DNA of 64,000 nt from the NCBI GenBank assembly GCA_963924565.1, contig OZ004607.1:36642001-36706000 (forward strand), read 5' to 3'. Shown in pieces: positions 53,120 through 63,899 of the stretch; the first letter of the stretch is position 1; each line of letters starts with the position of its first letter. The notes under the pieces are model-generated. The model did no database searches, was not told the origin of the DNA, and saw nothing but the letters and a program-made list of their open reading frames with translations. The position numbers and the translations under genes are program-made. Source of the DNA: Ascidiella aspersa. Lineage: Eukaryota.

Positions 53120-53278
53120 TCTCTGCGGAATTCCTCGTACGACCACCTCTATGCTATCTACCACCTCCTAGTGGACAGATTAAAACAGCACCGAACCAGT
53201 TTTCCGCTGGAGGCGCGCATGTGCTTTGACGCGAGCCGAAGAAGACCTTCGAGCATCGCGGACCAAACGCTTACCAAG
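53120..53278 (+). CDS. SIK2: SIK coding exon 10 (UBA end; S343- and S358-equivalent sites)
   Basis: SLRNSSYDHLYAIYHLLVDRLKQHRTSFPLEARMCFDASRRRPSSIADQTLTK; atttag / gtaaaa. Confidence 0.95.
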
Positions 53279-53396
53279 GTAAAACGACTTTGGCTTTTAT
53301 TGGATGATGATCTGCTACTGTAGACCACTTCAACGTGAAGTTGCTTGTACTAACAGAATTTAGCCAGCATTGGCTTATGGTTGTTTCTCGACTCGC

Positions 53397-53472
53397 TCCT
53401 CTCTTAGCTCAGTTGGTAGAGCGACGGTCCCGGTATGACTGGAGGTCGTGAGTTCGAACCTCACTGCAGGAT
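53397..53472 (+). pseudogene. tRNA-like sequence (tRNA pseudogene or SINE head), nominal anticodon GGT
   Basis: A box TAGCTCAGTTGG, D stem GCTC/GAGC, stem CGGTC/GACTG around loop CCGGTAT, T arm GTGAG-TTCGAAC-CTCAC, TTTT at 53477-53480; acceptor stem imperfect and C at position 33. Confidence 0.75.
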
Positions 53473-53846
53473 ATTCTTTTGTCGTTGATTAGGAAGATTT
53501 CCTTATTCACATACTTTGTGTGTTCCCGTGAGAAACATGGAACCACAATCAAATACATTGGCAGTTTTAGACAAACAGCTGTAACCATCAGTAACTGATT
53601 GGCAATCGAAATTGATTTGAAACCACGATCAATATGCTCATTGCTCAGCAACAGATTTTCGCCCAATTGTAGTCGGTACAAAGCTACGAAACCAAAAAAA
53701 AGATACGAAACCAAACAAAAAGCTACGAAACACCGTTTAACGTCGGCCATATTTTACTGATTTATTTTGTAGTTACAATACGTTTTGCAGATAAATCGAT
53801 AACCGACTGACTTATTTGAAATTGAAACCTTTACCATTTTACTCAG

Positions 53847-54036
53847 GTACCCCTCATCACCCCCAGCGTTAGCCCCTTTCAGCCCGAAGTCGCCCACAAG
53901 CCCCAGTTCTTTCCAACCAAACGCAGCACGCTGCAGCACGCCTCACCTATGACGTCATTCGACGATGACGTCACGCCGGCCAAGCTGCTGCACGCGCAGG
54001 CGATCGAGCGGAACTTCGGCGATGATATTTGCCACG
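53847..54036 (+). CDS. SIK2: SIK coding exon 11
   Basis: VPLITPSVSPFQPEVAHKPQFFPTKRSTLQHASPMTSFDDDVTPAKLLHAQAIERNFGDDICH; actcag / gttcgt; GC-rich and phase-compatible. Confidence 0.8.
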
Positions 54037-54477
54037 GTTCGTACGGGACAGACTTTCTATTGGAATTTATCTAATAAGAAATTGTGGGGAGTGATAAACT
54101 TGATGTATCTCTGTTTGACTTTCTATTGGAATTTGTATATTTCTCTTTTTTGAACTTGTTTGGAGAATATACGGAATAATACGTCTAACACCTAATAATT
54201 TGGGTTTTGAAAACCCTGAAAAAATCTCTCAAAATTGTCCCAAACTTTATTATTCTAAAGTTATTTTTTAATATTTATTGATATTTAAGGATATAAATAT
54301 TTTTTATAGATCAGACTATATATATTCAGACAGAGTTGTTTAAAAAATTTTGAATGTTTCGCAATGTGATGGTTTCAAATGTGTGATGTTTATAGATCAA
54401 ACAATATGTATTCAGAGATGGAAACAACATATTTTTTAAATAAAAAGATACTAAATCCTCAATTTCTCCTCGTTCAG

Positions 54478-54773
54478 AAATCCCTCGCCTACAGCGCAGC
54501 CTGGCCATCGGGGGCGTCGGCGCCCAACAGCCCCCCGTGCACCACTCGCCCCCCAAACACCGCTACACGACCCAGGGGCCCGGCCCCAACCGGGGTCCTC
54601 TGCCCCACCAGCCCTGGTCCTTCCATTCGGGGGTTCGCATCTCGGCCTACCAACGAATAGCCAACCCCAGCTCGGTGCCTCGCTATGGGGAGGCGCGTGA
54701 CGTCATGCCGTCTGTGACGTCAATCGACGAGGGCGTCGAGCTTTCTGACATCACGGAAGAACAATCGGCGATG
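54478..54773 (+). CDS. SIK2: SIK coding exon 12 (TSIDEG motif)
   Basis: EIPRLQRSLAIGG...RDVMPSVTSIDEGVELSDITEEQSAM (SIK2 TSIDEGLE); gttcag / gtgagg. Confidence 0.88.
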
Positions 54774-55354
54774 GTGAGGGGATTTTTTGTGTGTGTTTAA
54801 AATCGAATGAAATCTTGTGTAAAAAAATAAAAAATGTACTGAAAAATGTGACACAAAAAAAAACAAAAAAAAATGTGTCGTCTAATGCTAAATAACTACA
54901 AGTACAATGAACCAGATATAAAAACTGCACTTAACACAGATTTTTCGTGTTTAAAATTGAACAAAATGTTGTGTAAATAATATAAAAAATGTCGCCTAAC
55001 GCTAAATAATTATAAGTATAACTGATATCGCTACAGCGATCTGGCGAAAGCAAACTAAGCTCGTACCGGGGTGACGTCATTTAAAATTGAACAAAATATT
55101 GTCCCTATAAAAACCCCTTCATACTGTAGTTGTACCCAGCCTGGTGACCATCTTTTCTGATAAAAAAACACAAGTACCCTATCGTTAAACACGCTTTTGT
55201 TATTTACAACCTTAATTGATTTGTCAATGCTTTTAAATTTATAAACATCAGCGAAATCAACTTTGCTGATGTGCGGTAACCTGTAAAAAAAACCATAACT
55301 GTCTTTTTAATATACTTTTTATGGCAATTTACTATGAAACTGATTTTTTTACAG

Positions 55355-55501
55355 ATGCGCCAGGCGTCGCAGCATCGACGTCACACGCTGGTCGTACCAG
55401 ACGTGACGTCATACCCCCCCAACCTCAACTTCCACGACCCCCAGACGCTAAACCGATCGACCGGCTTCGTCGGGATTACGGCCGATACCCATCACAACAC
55501 T
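55355..55501 (+). CDS. SIK2: SIK coding exon 13 (RRHTL, T484-equivalent)
   Basis: MRQASQHRRHTLVVPDVTSYPPNLNFHDPQTLNRSTGFVGITADTHHNT; ttacag / gtaagt. Confidence 0.9.
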
Positions 55502-55899
55502 GTAAGTTAGCAGTATATGGTCAGATTTAAATACAAAGACATGGCTCATATTAATTTAATTCTTATTAAAGCTAGTGTCTTATTTGTGAGATGTTCACTT
55601 TAAGCCTACGAAATGTTCACCAAAGAGAAACTGTGTAGTCAAAGCTTTGCTGTTGAACCTACGTCTAGTGTTTGGGTTGCCGCCAAAAAAGGTTGAGCAA
55701 CTCTGAATTAACCGTTAAACTTTTGAAAATGCGCTAATTAGGCAGTTTTCTTAAACAAACTTTAAGTTTTAAAGCTTCATACAGGCTACCCTGTATTTTC
55801 CGAGCCGACTTTAAACCGTTCGGGTGCTGGTTATCTGTATCCGCCAAATATTTTATGTAGACGCCAGGAATTTTTTATGCGTTGTGGACGCAGGATCGG

Positions 55900-56010
55900 G
55901 GCTACGAAGTGGGTTTAAAATAATCGAGTCCGACTCTCGAGTCTCGGGCCCGACTCCGGTCAAATGTGCGATTTCGTCGAGTCCCGAGTCCGGCCCTGAC
56001 TCTACAGCCT
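55900..56010. mobile_element. Family I MITE (GAGTCCGACTC repeats)
   Basis: gggctacgaagt...gagtccgactc...gactctacagcc. Confidence 0.6.
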
Positions 56011-56389
56011 TTATGGAATACTCTATTAGTTTTCAAAAATCTGTCACACTAAAAGTAGTGCAAATAAACATTGACATCTTAGTAGCTTTTTCACCTCTTT
56101 CTCAGGTTTAAGCGAACGTACAAACTGACTTTAAATCAATAAAATACTTTAAGAGTGCCTTCGACGGCGGCGATTCGAATTTTAAACAAAGCAATACAAT
56201 TCACACTTTCCCGGTAGTGTTTGCAGTTAGCGCTCAATCGACTGAAATATTGTTATTTGGCTTGCATGTGGGATACTCTATTAGTTTTCAAAATTCTTTC
56301 ACACTAAAAGTGGTGCGAATAAACACCTGTCTTAGTTAGAACTTCTCTTTTTAGGTCAAACTGACTTTAAATCAATAAACTACTTTCAG

Positions 56390-56633
56390 AGCGCTTTCGA
56401 CGCCGGAGACTCGCTTTCGAGCGCCTTCTCGGAACAAAGCGACGTCCTGGAAATGGACCTCCAAATACCCCCCATGCCCAACAACCCTGCCTATGACGTC
56501 ACCAACAACCGTGGCTATGACGTCACGCCCAAACTGGTACTTTCCCCGCCCGTCGACGCCGCGCACCCGATGGTGGATCCCCGAGTGACGCAGATCGAGA
56601 ACCAGCGACAGTTGCTGGACGTTTCTCCAACAG
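56390..56633 (+). CDS. SIK2: SIK coding exon 14
   Basis: SAFDAGDSLSSAFSEQSDVLEMDLQIPPMPNNPAYDVTNNRGYDVTPKLVL...LLDVSPT; tttcag / gtgaga. Confidence 0.85.
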
Positions 56634-56640
56634 GTGAGAG

Positions 56641-56945
56641 CAGTTATTCTCAACCTTTTATGGCTTACGGCACCCCTCAAAAATAATAAATAGGTTTTCG
56701 GCACCCCGAATGGATTTTTGTTATGGTATTTTACTGAAATGTCACTATAAATGGAACTGGAACAACACAATCAACTTGAACATGTAGAAAAATATTATTT
56801 GATGTACCGGTCTCTAATCGTACACAAATAGTTGTAAGAAGCTTACCAATTGAGCAAAAATCAGATTCTTAAAAATTCTTAAATACCTATCGAACCCTTG
56901 AGCATTACAAATCGCACACCAGGGGTTGCGGCACCTCGGTCGGTA
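56641..56945. mobile_element. Family A MITE starting 7 nt into intron 14
   Basis: cagttattctcaacctttt...; highly similar to the 24017 and 40879 copies; right TIR lost. Confidence 0.8.
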
Positions 56946-57099
56946 GTGCGTAGGTCTATATAGTTTGACGATCATTTGAAAAAACGCAGCATTGCACTTG
57001 GTTCTTTTGGTAAACGCCCAATCGTTAACTCTCACTATGTTCGAATCCCACAACCAGTGGTGACGTAAAACACTAACGCCCCTCCCCGTCCAATCACAG

Positions 57100-57284
57100 G
57101 CTTCCGTCAGGGCAGGAGGGCCAGCGACGGTCTGCTGTTGCTAGGCGACAACCGACTGGGGGAGCACCTCAAGTTGACCAGGGTCCAGGGATTCCCCACC
57201 ATCACCCAGGAGGAGACCGATGACGCCTGCCTGGAGACCAGTGACGTAGAGTCGGATTGCGTCAGCACGATGCCCTACCAACTG
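57100..57284 (+). CDS. SIK2: SIK coding exon 15 (RRASD, S587-equivalent)
   Basis: GFRQGRRASDGLLLLGDNRLGEHLKLTRVQGF...STMPYQL (SIK2 FREGRRASD); tcacag / gtgagt. Confidence 0.93.
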
Positions 57285-58144
57285 GTGAGTGACGTCATGA
57301 TTTGTTGTTGAGTTTAAATGTAGTGGGAGTTTTGTTATTAAATACTCGTTTAAGTAAATATTTATCGCGCGGTTGTGAGTCGTGACAATTTTGCAAAAAG
57401 GAAAACGTCAAGCAAACATAAAATCCAGCGCCGAACCTTTTGCCGCATATTTAGAATATAAAAAATCCCAATTTGTTTTTTTTAACACCGCATGCTTGTC
57501 TTTGTAATTGCCAGCTGCAGTTATTTTTTCTTTGCAACTCACGTTTTGCTTCTTTAATTCCATCTTACCGTTACACATCAATCCTGTCGGCAAAAAACCC
57601 TCAAACGAAACACATCGAACTTACCAACTGTTAAAAAAGCAACTAACTTGCAGAAGCTCTTAGCGTTAAGTCGAATAGGGGGATATGTGTTATAGCGTAA
57701 TATTTTGATGTATTGCTTTTGCACAATGTCTTCTTATTGGAAACAATTCATTTGGCTGATATTCTCTACCTGTTTGATACAATTTTATGCTTCCAAATCT
57801 TGTGTTAACGGAACACCAAATTTACAGCAGTTGGTTCGGTTGCTGTTGTATATGCTTCACTTTAGCCAATATTGTTCAGTTTTAAGTATTTCGAGCTAAC
57901 TCTGGGGTAACCGTTGGAAAGCCACTGTAACGATAAGTCATTTAACAAGTGTAGTCTACCGGGTATTTTGCGCAATTACTCTATCCAGGCGAGCATTGAA
58001 AGATGAAGACACTCGCGCCAAAGTTCGTGTAATTTAATAACCACTGACTCTTTAGTTTGCTTTGCTTTTTACCACTTGGTTAGGATGCTTATTGTCATTT
58101 AAAACAAGCTTTAATATTAATCTTATTTTTTTCATAATTTTTAG

Positions 58145-58305
58145 AATCATCTGGCAGCTCAAAAGACCACGCACAACGAACTGGGAATGATGTCATCGCA
58201 CTCGTCACACCACCTCACCAAGGGCGGTGACGTCATCAATTTCCAGCCCTACACTCCGACGAGCCGAAGGAAAAGCCTCCAAGTTTCCCAGGCGCTCGGC
58301 GAAAG
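58145..58305 (+). CDS. SIK2: SIK coding exon 16
   Basis: NHLAAQKTTHNELGMMSSHSSHHLTKGGDVINFQPYTPTSRRKSLQVSQALGE; ttttag / gtaaga. Confidence 0.83.
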
Positions 58306-59075
58306 GTAAGACTCGTTTTGTTTAGCTCTTAATTCGCTGACGAGATTTTTGTGAAGTTTTACGTACCTTTGTGGAAATGTTTGCGTGTTTGGACTGAAAA
58401 TCGCTGGAAAACCTAAAAGAACTTTAAAGAAATACGTTTGAACCATATTGGCAACACAGGCTAATTGCACCTATATGGAAATATTTTGAAAATAGCTGTG
58501 AAAATACTGCATTGGAAATATACTAAGGCGGATGCTCCATTTTATAAATATCTCAGAAAGCAAGTAAAGTTAACAAATCGAATTCCGGTCGGAAATACTA
58601 ACACAGCAAGCCTCGATTGGCTTCTCACTGTATTTATTTCATTTAAAAAAAAATTTTTAGTTTGCTGAACAACGAACAAAAAGCAAATATAGCAAAACTA
58701 CCAGTTTTCGGCCAGCATTCATAAAATAAGTCACGTTTAAAAATATAGGCACATCGGCTCCACAGGTGGAACCACGAAAAACTTTCATAAAACTCCCAAA
58801 ACAATTATAAATCAACCCCTCGAAGCCATGTTATATGCGATGTACAATTCGGTAACTTCGATCGTTCAAATAAAGCAAAGTCAAACGAAGATAAGGTTTT
58901 AGAGCTTTCTGTAGCCACAACACAAGTAGAAATAACATATTATAGCATAGCACTATACTGCAGTGTTGTAAACAAGTCTTTTTAAAATGACGACAAGCGA
59001 TTCAAACATAATCGTCTGACCCCCATTAGTCTTCCATCATAATAATCAACAATGTTTTTTCCTTATTTCCTACAG

Positions 59076-59243
59076 AAACAGCTCTTCAGTCACACTAAGC
59101 GCCTCGCCTACCAATCATCCATCAGCGATGGAGCAGCTGGCCGCCTTTCAGCAGCAATACATCTCATGTGATGCACCTGAAGCCGACAGCCAGTACCAAT
59201 GGTCCTCGTGGAAAACGGTCAAGGAGGAGAATTGCATTCCTGG
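59076..59243 (+). CDS. SIK2: SIK coding exon 17
   Basis: NSSSVTLSASPTNHPSAMEQLAAFQQQYISCDAPEADSQYQWSSWKTVKEENCIP; ctacag / gtgagc; phase 2-2. Confidence 0.8.
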
Positions 59244-60084
59244 GTGAGCAAAGACTGCTTGCGACAGTTGTGCGCAATGTGAAGCTAATAGGCGCGGCGT
59301 AGTATGAATATCAAAGCCCATACTTTGATTTTGAACGTTCCGAAAATCTATTTGTAAATTTTCAACTTTTTATTTAATTTTCTTGGAAGTTGTTCGAAAC
59401 GTACAAATTGCTAGCTGCTTCTGTATGGGCTTTGATATTCTTATTTCGTCTTACTACAAACTCCAACCATTATGTGTGAGTTGGGTGTTTGGGACAGAAT
59501 AAGGGAAGTATACAGTCACCAATGATGGTCTAATGGCTTCAAGCCCTGCTAACGACGCTTCTTGAAAGTTAAGCATTATACACAGACCACAGATTCTTTT
59601 GAAAAGACCATAGAATTGGCTGTTTAACCCTAGCAATATCAGGGTTGGAAAGAATAAAAACTTGTTTTTAATGGCATTCAACAGAATGACAAGTTTATTA
59701 CACAATTCGTTACAATTTTTAAAACGTTTGGCGCGGGTAGTCAAACTAAACGTGTGCTAAAAGAATGGCGTGTTTGCATATGTTAAAAATGAAGCTCTGT
59801 TTGCCTCTGTAGAAAAATATCACAGACGCGTTGGTAAAGTAATTTCCTCCTGATGGTACACATACATTAAAAAATCCGACCTGCTCAGAACAACAGATTT
59901 TAACGACTCCGTTTAAACACACGATGCCGCTTACATTTTTTAAAGCGTTTAGCCAGGAAGAAATGAAGCTCTGTTTTCCTCTATAGAAAAATATCACAGA
60001 CGCGTTGGTATAGGTGTACACATACATGAAAAAAATCAGGCCTGCTCAGAGCAACAGAGTTTTAACGACCTTAACTCCATTTAG

Positions 60085-60273
60085 ACACACGATGCCGCAA
60101 CGCGTGTCTTCCAACATGGCTCGTGTCTACGCCGCTCCATTCGTGGTCGCGTCAGACGAGTCCATGATCCGGTCGGCCGAGGTCGAGCTGGCCCAGCGCC
60201 AACCCAGCCTGCCCAGCCCCACGTCCCACCACATGGGACACCCGAGTCTAGGCCAGCAACTGCAGCAGCGAAG
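60085..60273 (+). CDS. SIK2: SIK coding exon 18
   Basis: HTMPQRVSSNMARVYAAPFVVASDESMIRSAEVELAQRQPSLPSPTSHHMGHPSLGQQLQQR; atttag / gtaagc. Confidence 0.82.
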
Positions 60274-60599
60274 GTAAGCTCACGTTCGGCTTTGTTTTGG
60301 TTAAAGCAGTGCTTCCCAACCTTTATCAGTTCGCGAACCACTTTAAATGCAAGTTTTTTTGTGCGACCCACAGTGAGATATGACCAAATAAATAAAGTTC
60401 TATAAAACCTGTATCTCATCTCCATTTTTTTCGCTGCTGGCAAATATTATTTTTGTTTACTTAGCAGAAATAGTCTCACAAACATAGGCCGCAATACTCT
60501 TCAAAGTAAAAAACAGATATCAATTAGAGATCAGCCGCTTAAAACCGCAGTGGGTGTGGTTTACAGCTGTTTAACGTTGGTTTATTTGCTAATCCGCAG

Positions 60600-60972
60600 A
60601 TTAAAACGGCGTCTGAAGGTGGCACACAACATGCAGTCGACACCCACCTACCAGTTGCCAGTATCCGAGCTCCAGCACCTGCAGATTGACCCTGAGTTCG
60701 TAACCGCTCCCTTTGCTGGACAACTGGACGCCTCCAGCTACCCAGAGGAGCAAAGTGTAGGCGGCTACCAGCAGGCCCCTCAAATCGCCGCCGACCCTAC
60801 AAGCCTTAATCGCGCCTTTTCGCCGAGAGGTGGGACTCTGAACCCTGCAAACTTCCACTTTAAGTCGCCTTCATTCGAGGAACGGCAGTCACCCGGGCTC
60901 CCAGCTTCCGGTTACGCAAGGCACCAGCCGGTCGAAGTCCCCAACGCTATATTGGACTTTTTTCGCTCCTGA
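60600..60972 (+). CDS. SIK2: SIK terminal coding exon 19
   Basis: ccgcag acceptor; LKRRLKVAHNMQSTPTYQLPVSELQHLQIDP...NAILDFFRS*; phase-compatible, GC-rich. Confidence 0.85.
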
Positions 60973-61652
60973 ACGCACGCGAGCGCGATAGGTGGACACT
61001 GTGACGTAACAAACGCCCCCCCCCCGTCCGCCCCGACGGTCATCGAACAATCATTCACACTATGTACCTGTTCTTGTTGTTGTTTTTTGTGTTTTGTCGT
61101 TATCGCATTCTTCCTATTTATTCGCGTTCCTAACCCGACCGTGGCAGGTACACAAGGGGTTAATTTATCCGGTGCTGTAGCAATCGTTGTTAACTTCTTT
61201 TTTTGTTTTGTTTTGTTTTTCTCTTTACTTGTCAATAAGAAAGCCAGCAAACCTTTGACGGTAAACACGGCTTTTTACAATGCTTAAAAATAGCGTACCT
61301 CGCAAAAGCAGCTAAGTTACATTAACTAGCTTCGCCTTTCAACTTTTTGGAAACAAGATTGCTGTTTTGATGTTGCAAGAAGACTGAAAGCTGTGTTTTT
61401 CTATTTCGCACTTCCTGTCGTCCACTAAATCGATAGCATTGGGGCAACTATTACGACAAATTATTACTAACCACAATTACGTCAATTCAGTTCATTTACT
61501 GGAGCATATGTTTTATTATTTGATGTCAGCAGCCCTATTTGAAAGTTTAACCAACCGCTCAATCTAGTCTGTTTAAAGTTACAGTCAACATCGACAAGAA
61601 TAGACCTTTCAAGTGAACAACCAAGTTTGTTGCCACTGTACGCGCTTACCAA

Positions 61653-61658
61653 AATAAA
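61653..61658 (+). terminator. Candidate SIK polyadenylation signal
   Basis: First AATAAA noticed after the stop, followed ~12 nt later by the GT-rich tttgtgttcgtttg. Confidence 0.45.
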
Positions 61659-63179
61659 CTACAAAACAATTTGTGTTCGTTTGCATTCACTTTAAGTGGA
61701 AATGTGAAGTTGATTGTTATACAAGCATACAACTTGCAAGAATGGCAAGGAAAAGCAAAAATAGAAATAATTAAAAAACTATATTTTGCTAGTTTTGAAA
61801 AGGACTTTGCTAGACTTTTGACTTAGCAAGAAAGGAAAGAATTAGTTTGAATTGTTAATAAGTGCTTTAAAAAAACTATTATAAAAGTGCCTGTAAAATG
61901 TACTCAGTATAGTATAATGCGATAGTAGGGTAAAAGAGTGGAGCACAAAAAGTATAAAAAATACGTCATTACTAGGCCAAACAAGCAAAAGAGATGAAAA
62001 TAAAACGTGGGTTAAACATGTCTACAATGCCTAGATCCACTTTTTCTGTCGGATCAACATTCAAACAACCTCAGTATCGCGGAAAACTTTGCCGACTCTG
62101 CAATCTAGTCGGCAATTTTACAATAATAAACAGCCCTTAAGGCTACAGTAATTAAATAAGTTACGCGACGTTTATACGTTTCTGGTATCAATAGTTTCAC
62201 ACCCTGGTACGATTTGTACTCTAGAAATGTCCGATACTTGGCACTTTGTTTCTAAACGTATGTTTTAAGACAAGTTTTATTTTAAATGAATGTCAACTCA
62301 CACAAAAGCGATATTATCTTTAAATGCATGTTTTCAATAGCAACATAGCAGCCTAAGTAAACCATTTTTAAATTGGAAATAAAACAATGACGACTCATTG
62401 TAGCATATGTATAATAATAATAATGTATTAAACTGGTAAAAATCACCTGTTAAGTTGGTTTTGAGAAATTTTGCTTGGCTTGCTTGAGAAGAAAAGGTGT
62501 CGTGGTAGGTCATATTAGGCAAAAATGTCCATAAAGATTGAATTCCTTACTAAATGACTGTGTTGCAAATAGCCTACAGTTTAGTATTTTGGTAAACTGG
62601 TAAAGTGTAAATAACGCCGCTTGTACTACCATCATGCTCATAACGATTCGTCAGTATTTAAGTATTTTGTTTTAGGAAAAGCTAAATAATACTTGGAAAA
62701 GTAATGTTTAAATCAATGTATGCATCCGAAAAATATTTTTAATGTAGTCATCGGGCTAAAAGGAGTTGTATTTGAAGCAGGCAAAGCATTGTGTAACAAG
62801 TGCGGAGTATAGCCTATCAATATTTGAAAGAGTTATTAATTGTTGAATGATGGCCATTGCATATTTTCAACCGGTGCTTCGTGAGAGATCTTTAGGTGTC
62901 CTGCAAAATATATTAATACGGCTAACTTCCATGGAACACAGGCCGAAAAACACTGCTATAACCCAATGGACGCAAGTAGCTTGATTTTTCTGAAAATTTT
63001 CCTTTTTTGAAAAACTTACATATTGTAAAATTACACGCCATCTGTTTCCACCATTCTAATTTTCGAACAGGACAATCATGTGAATGCTACCGAACAGATA
63101 TGACTGGTATTTCAGGATTTAATTTGATACGCGATTTAAGTACATGGTTTGGTACTCGTCCGATACTATAGAGTGGTGT

Positions 63180-63372
63180 TGGTATTTTAATCCATTGTTG
63201 TGATCTAATTGAGTGTTGCACTTCGGTAATTGTTTTAGAAAATGGTAGCTATCAAGGTAAATAGGTACACCAGCATTACAGCATTTTCTCCTCACAACTC
63301 CGAAAACATTCCGTTTGCAAATCAAATCAAAGCAAAACAATTTCGACACAAACAATATATGTCAGCGTAATT
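63180..63372 (-). mobile_element. Possible highly decayed LINE reverse-transcriptase fragment
   Basis: Minus strand reads YAD, then after a frameshift ILFVS...FCFDL...GVPIYLD, resembling sequence at and after YADD in non-LTR RTs; very degenerate. Confidence 0.25.
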
Positions 63373-63465
63373 TTGTATCGGGACGGCCGTGCTTTTGTTG
63401 CTTCGAAAATGATTGGGAATCATCGACATTGAAATGAAATGCAAAGTATCGATTATACCTTACTG

Positions 63466-63899
63466 CAATGGTCGGCAAACTGTGGGCCACAGAGCCATTT
63501 TTGTGGGCCGCGAGTTATTTTTGAATCCCGTAGTTGTGTGCCGCGCTAGACCCGTACATTTATTGCATTAACTTTAGAAATTTGGCGTGGCATAGAAATT
63601 TTATATTGGATCAGCTGGAAAAGGCCCACGTGACAAATGTGGTCCTGAGAGCCTGTCGAACTATGTTTTTGTTAACTTTAGCTATATGTAAACGCAAAAG
63701 TACCGTATTGTTTTCGTTTCATAGTATGTTTTACATTATGACATGATAACGTTTAGCCCATCAAGTCGCTGTGCAATATTTCATCTAAATCAAATATCCT
63801 GTATCCGCCACTGTTTTCGTAGTAGTTTTATGTAGTGGGCCTTTAATAGCTCTGAAAAGATTGCTTTGGGCCGCGATAATAAAAGTTTGCCAACCACTT
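63466..63899. mobile_element. hAT-type MITE (family C-related)
   Basis: caatggtcggcaaact / agtttgccaaccactt; flanks CCTTACTG / CTTTACTT; GGGCCGC subterminal motifs. Confidence 0.72.

Noticed and set aside
57039-57050. B-box-like GTTCGAATCCC
   Set aside because: No A box or cloverleaf upstream
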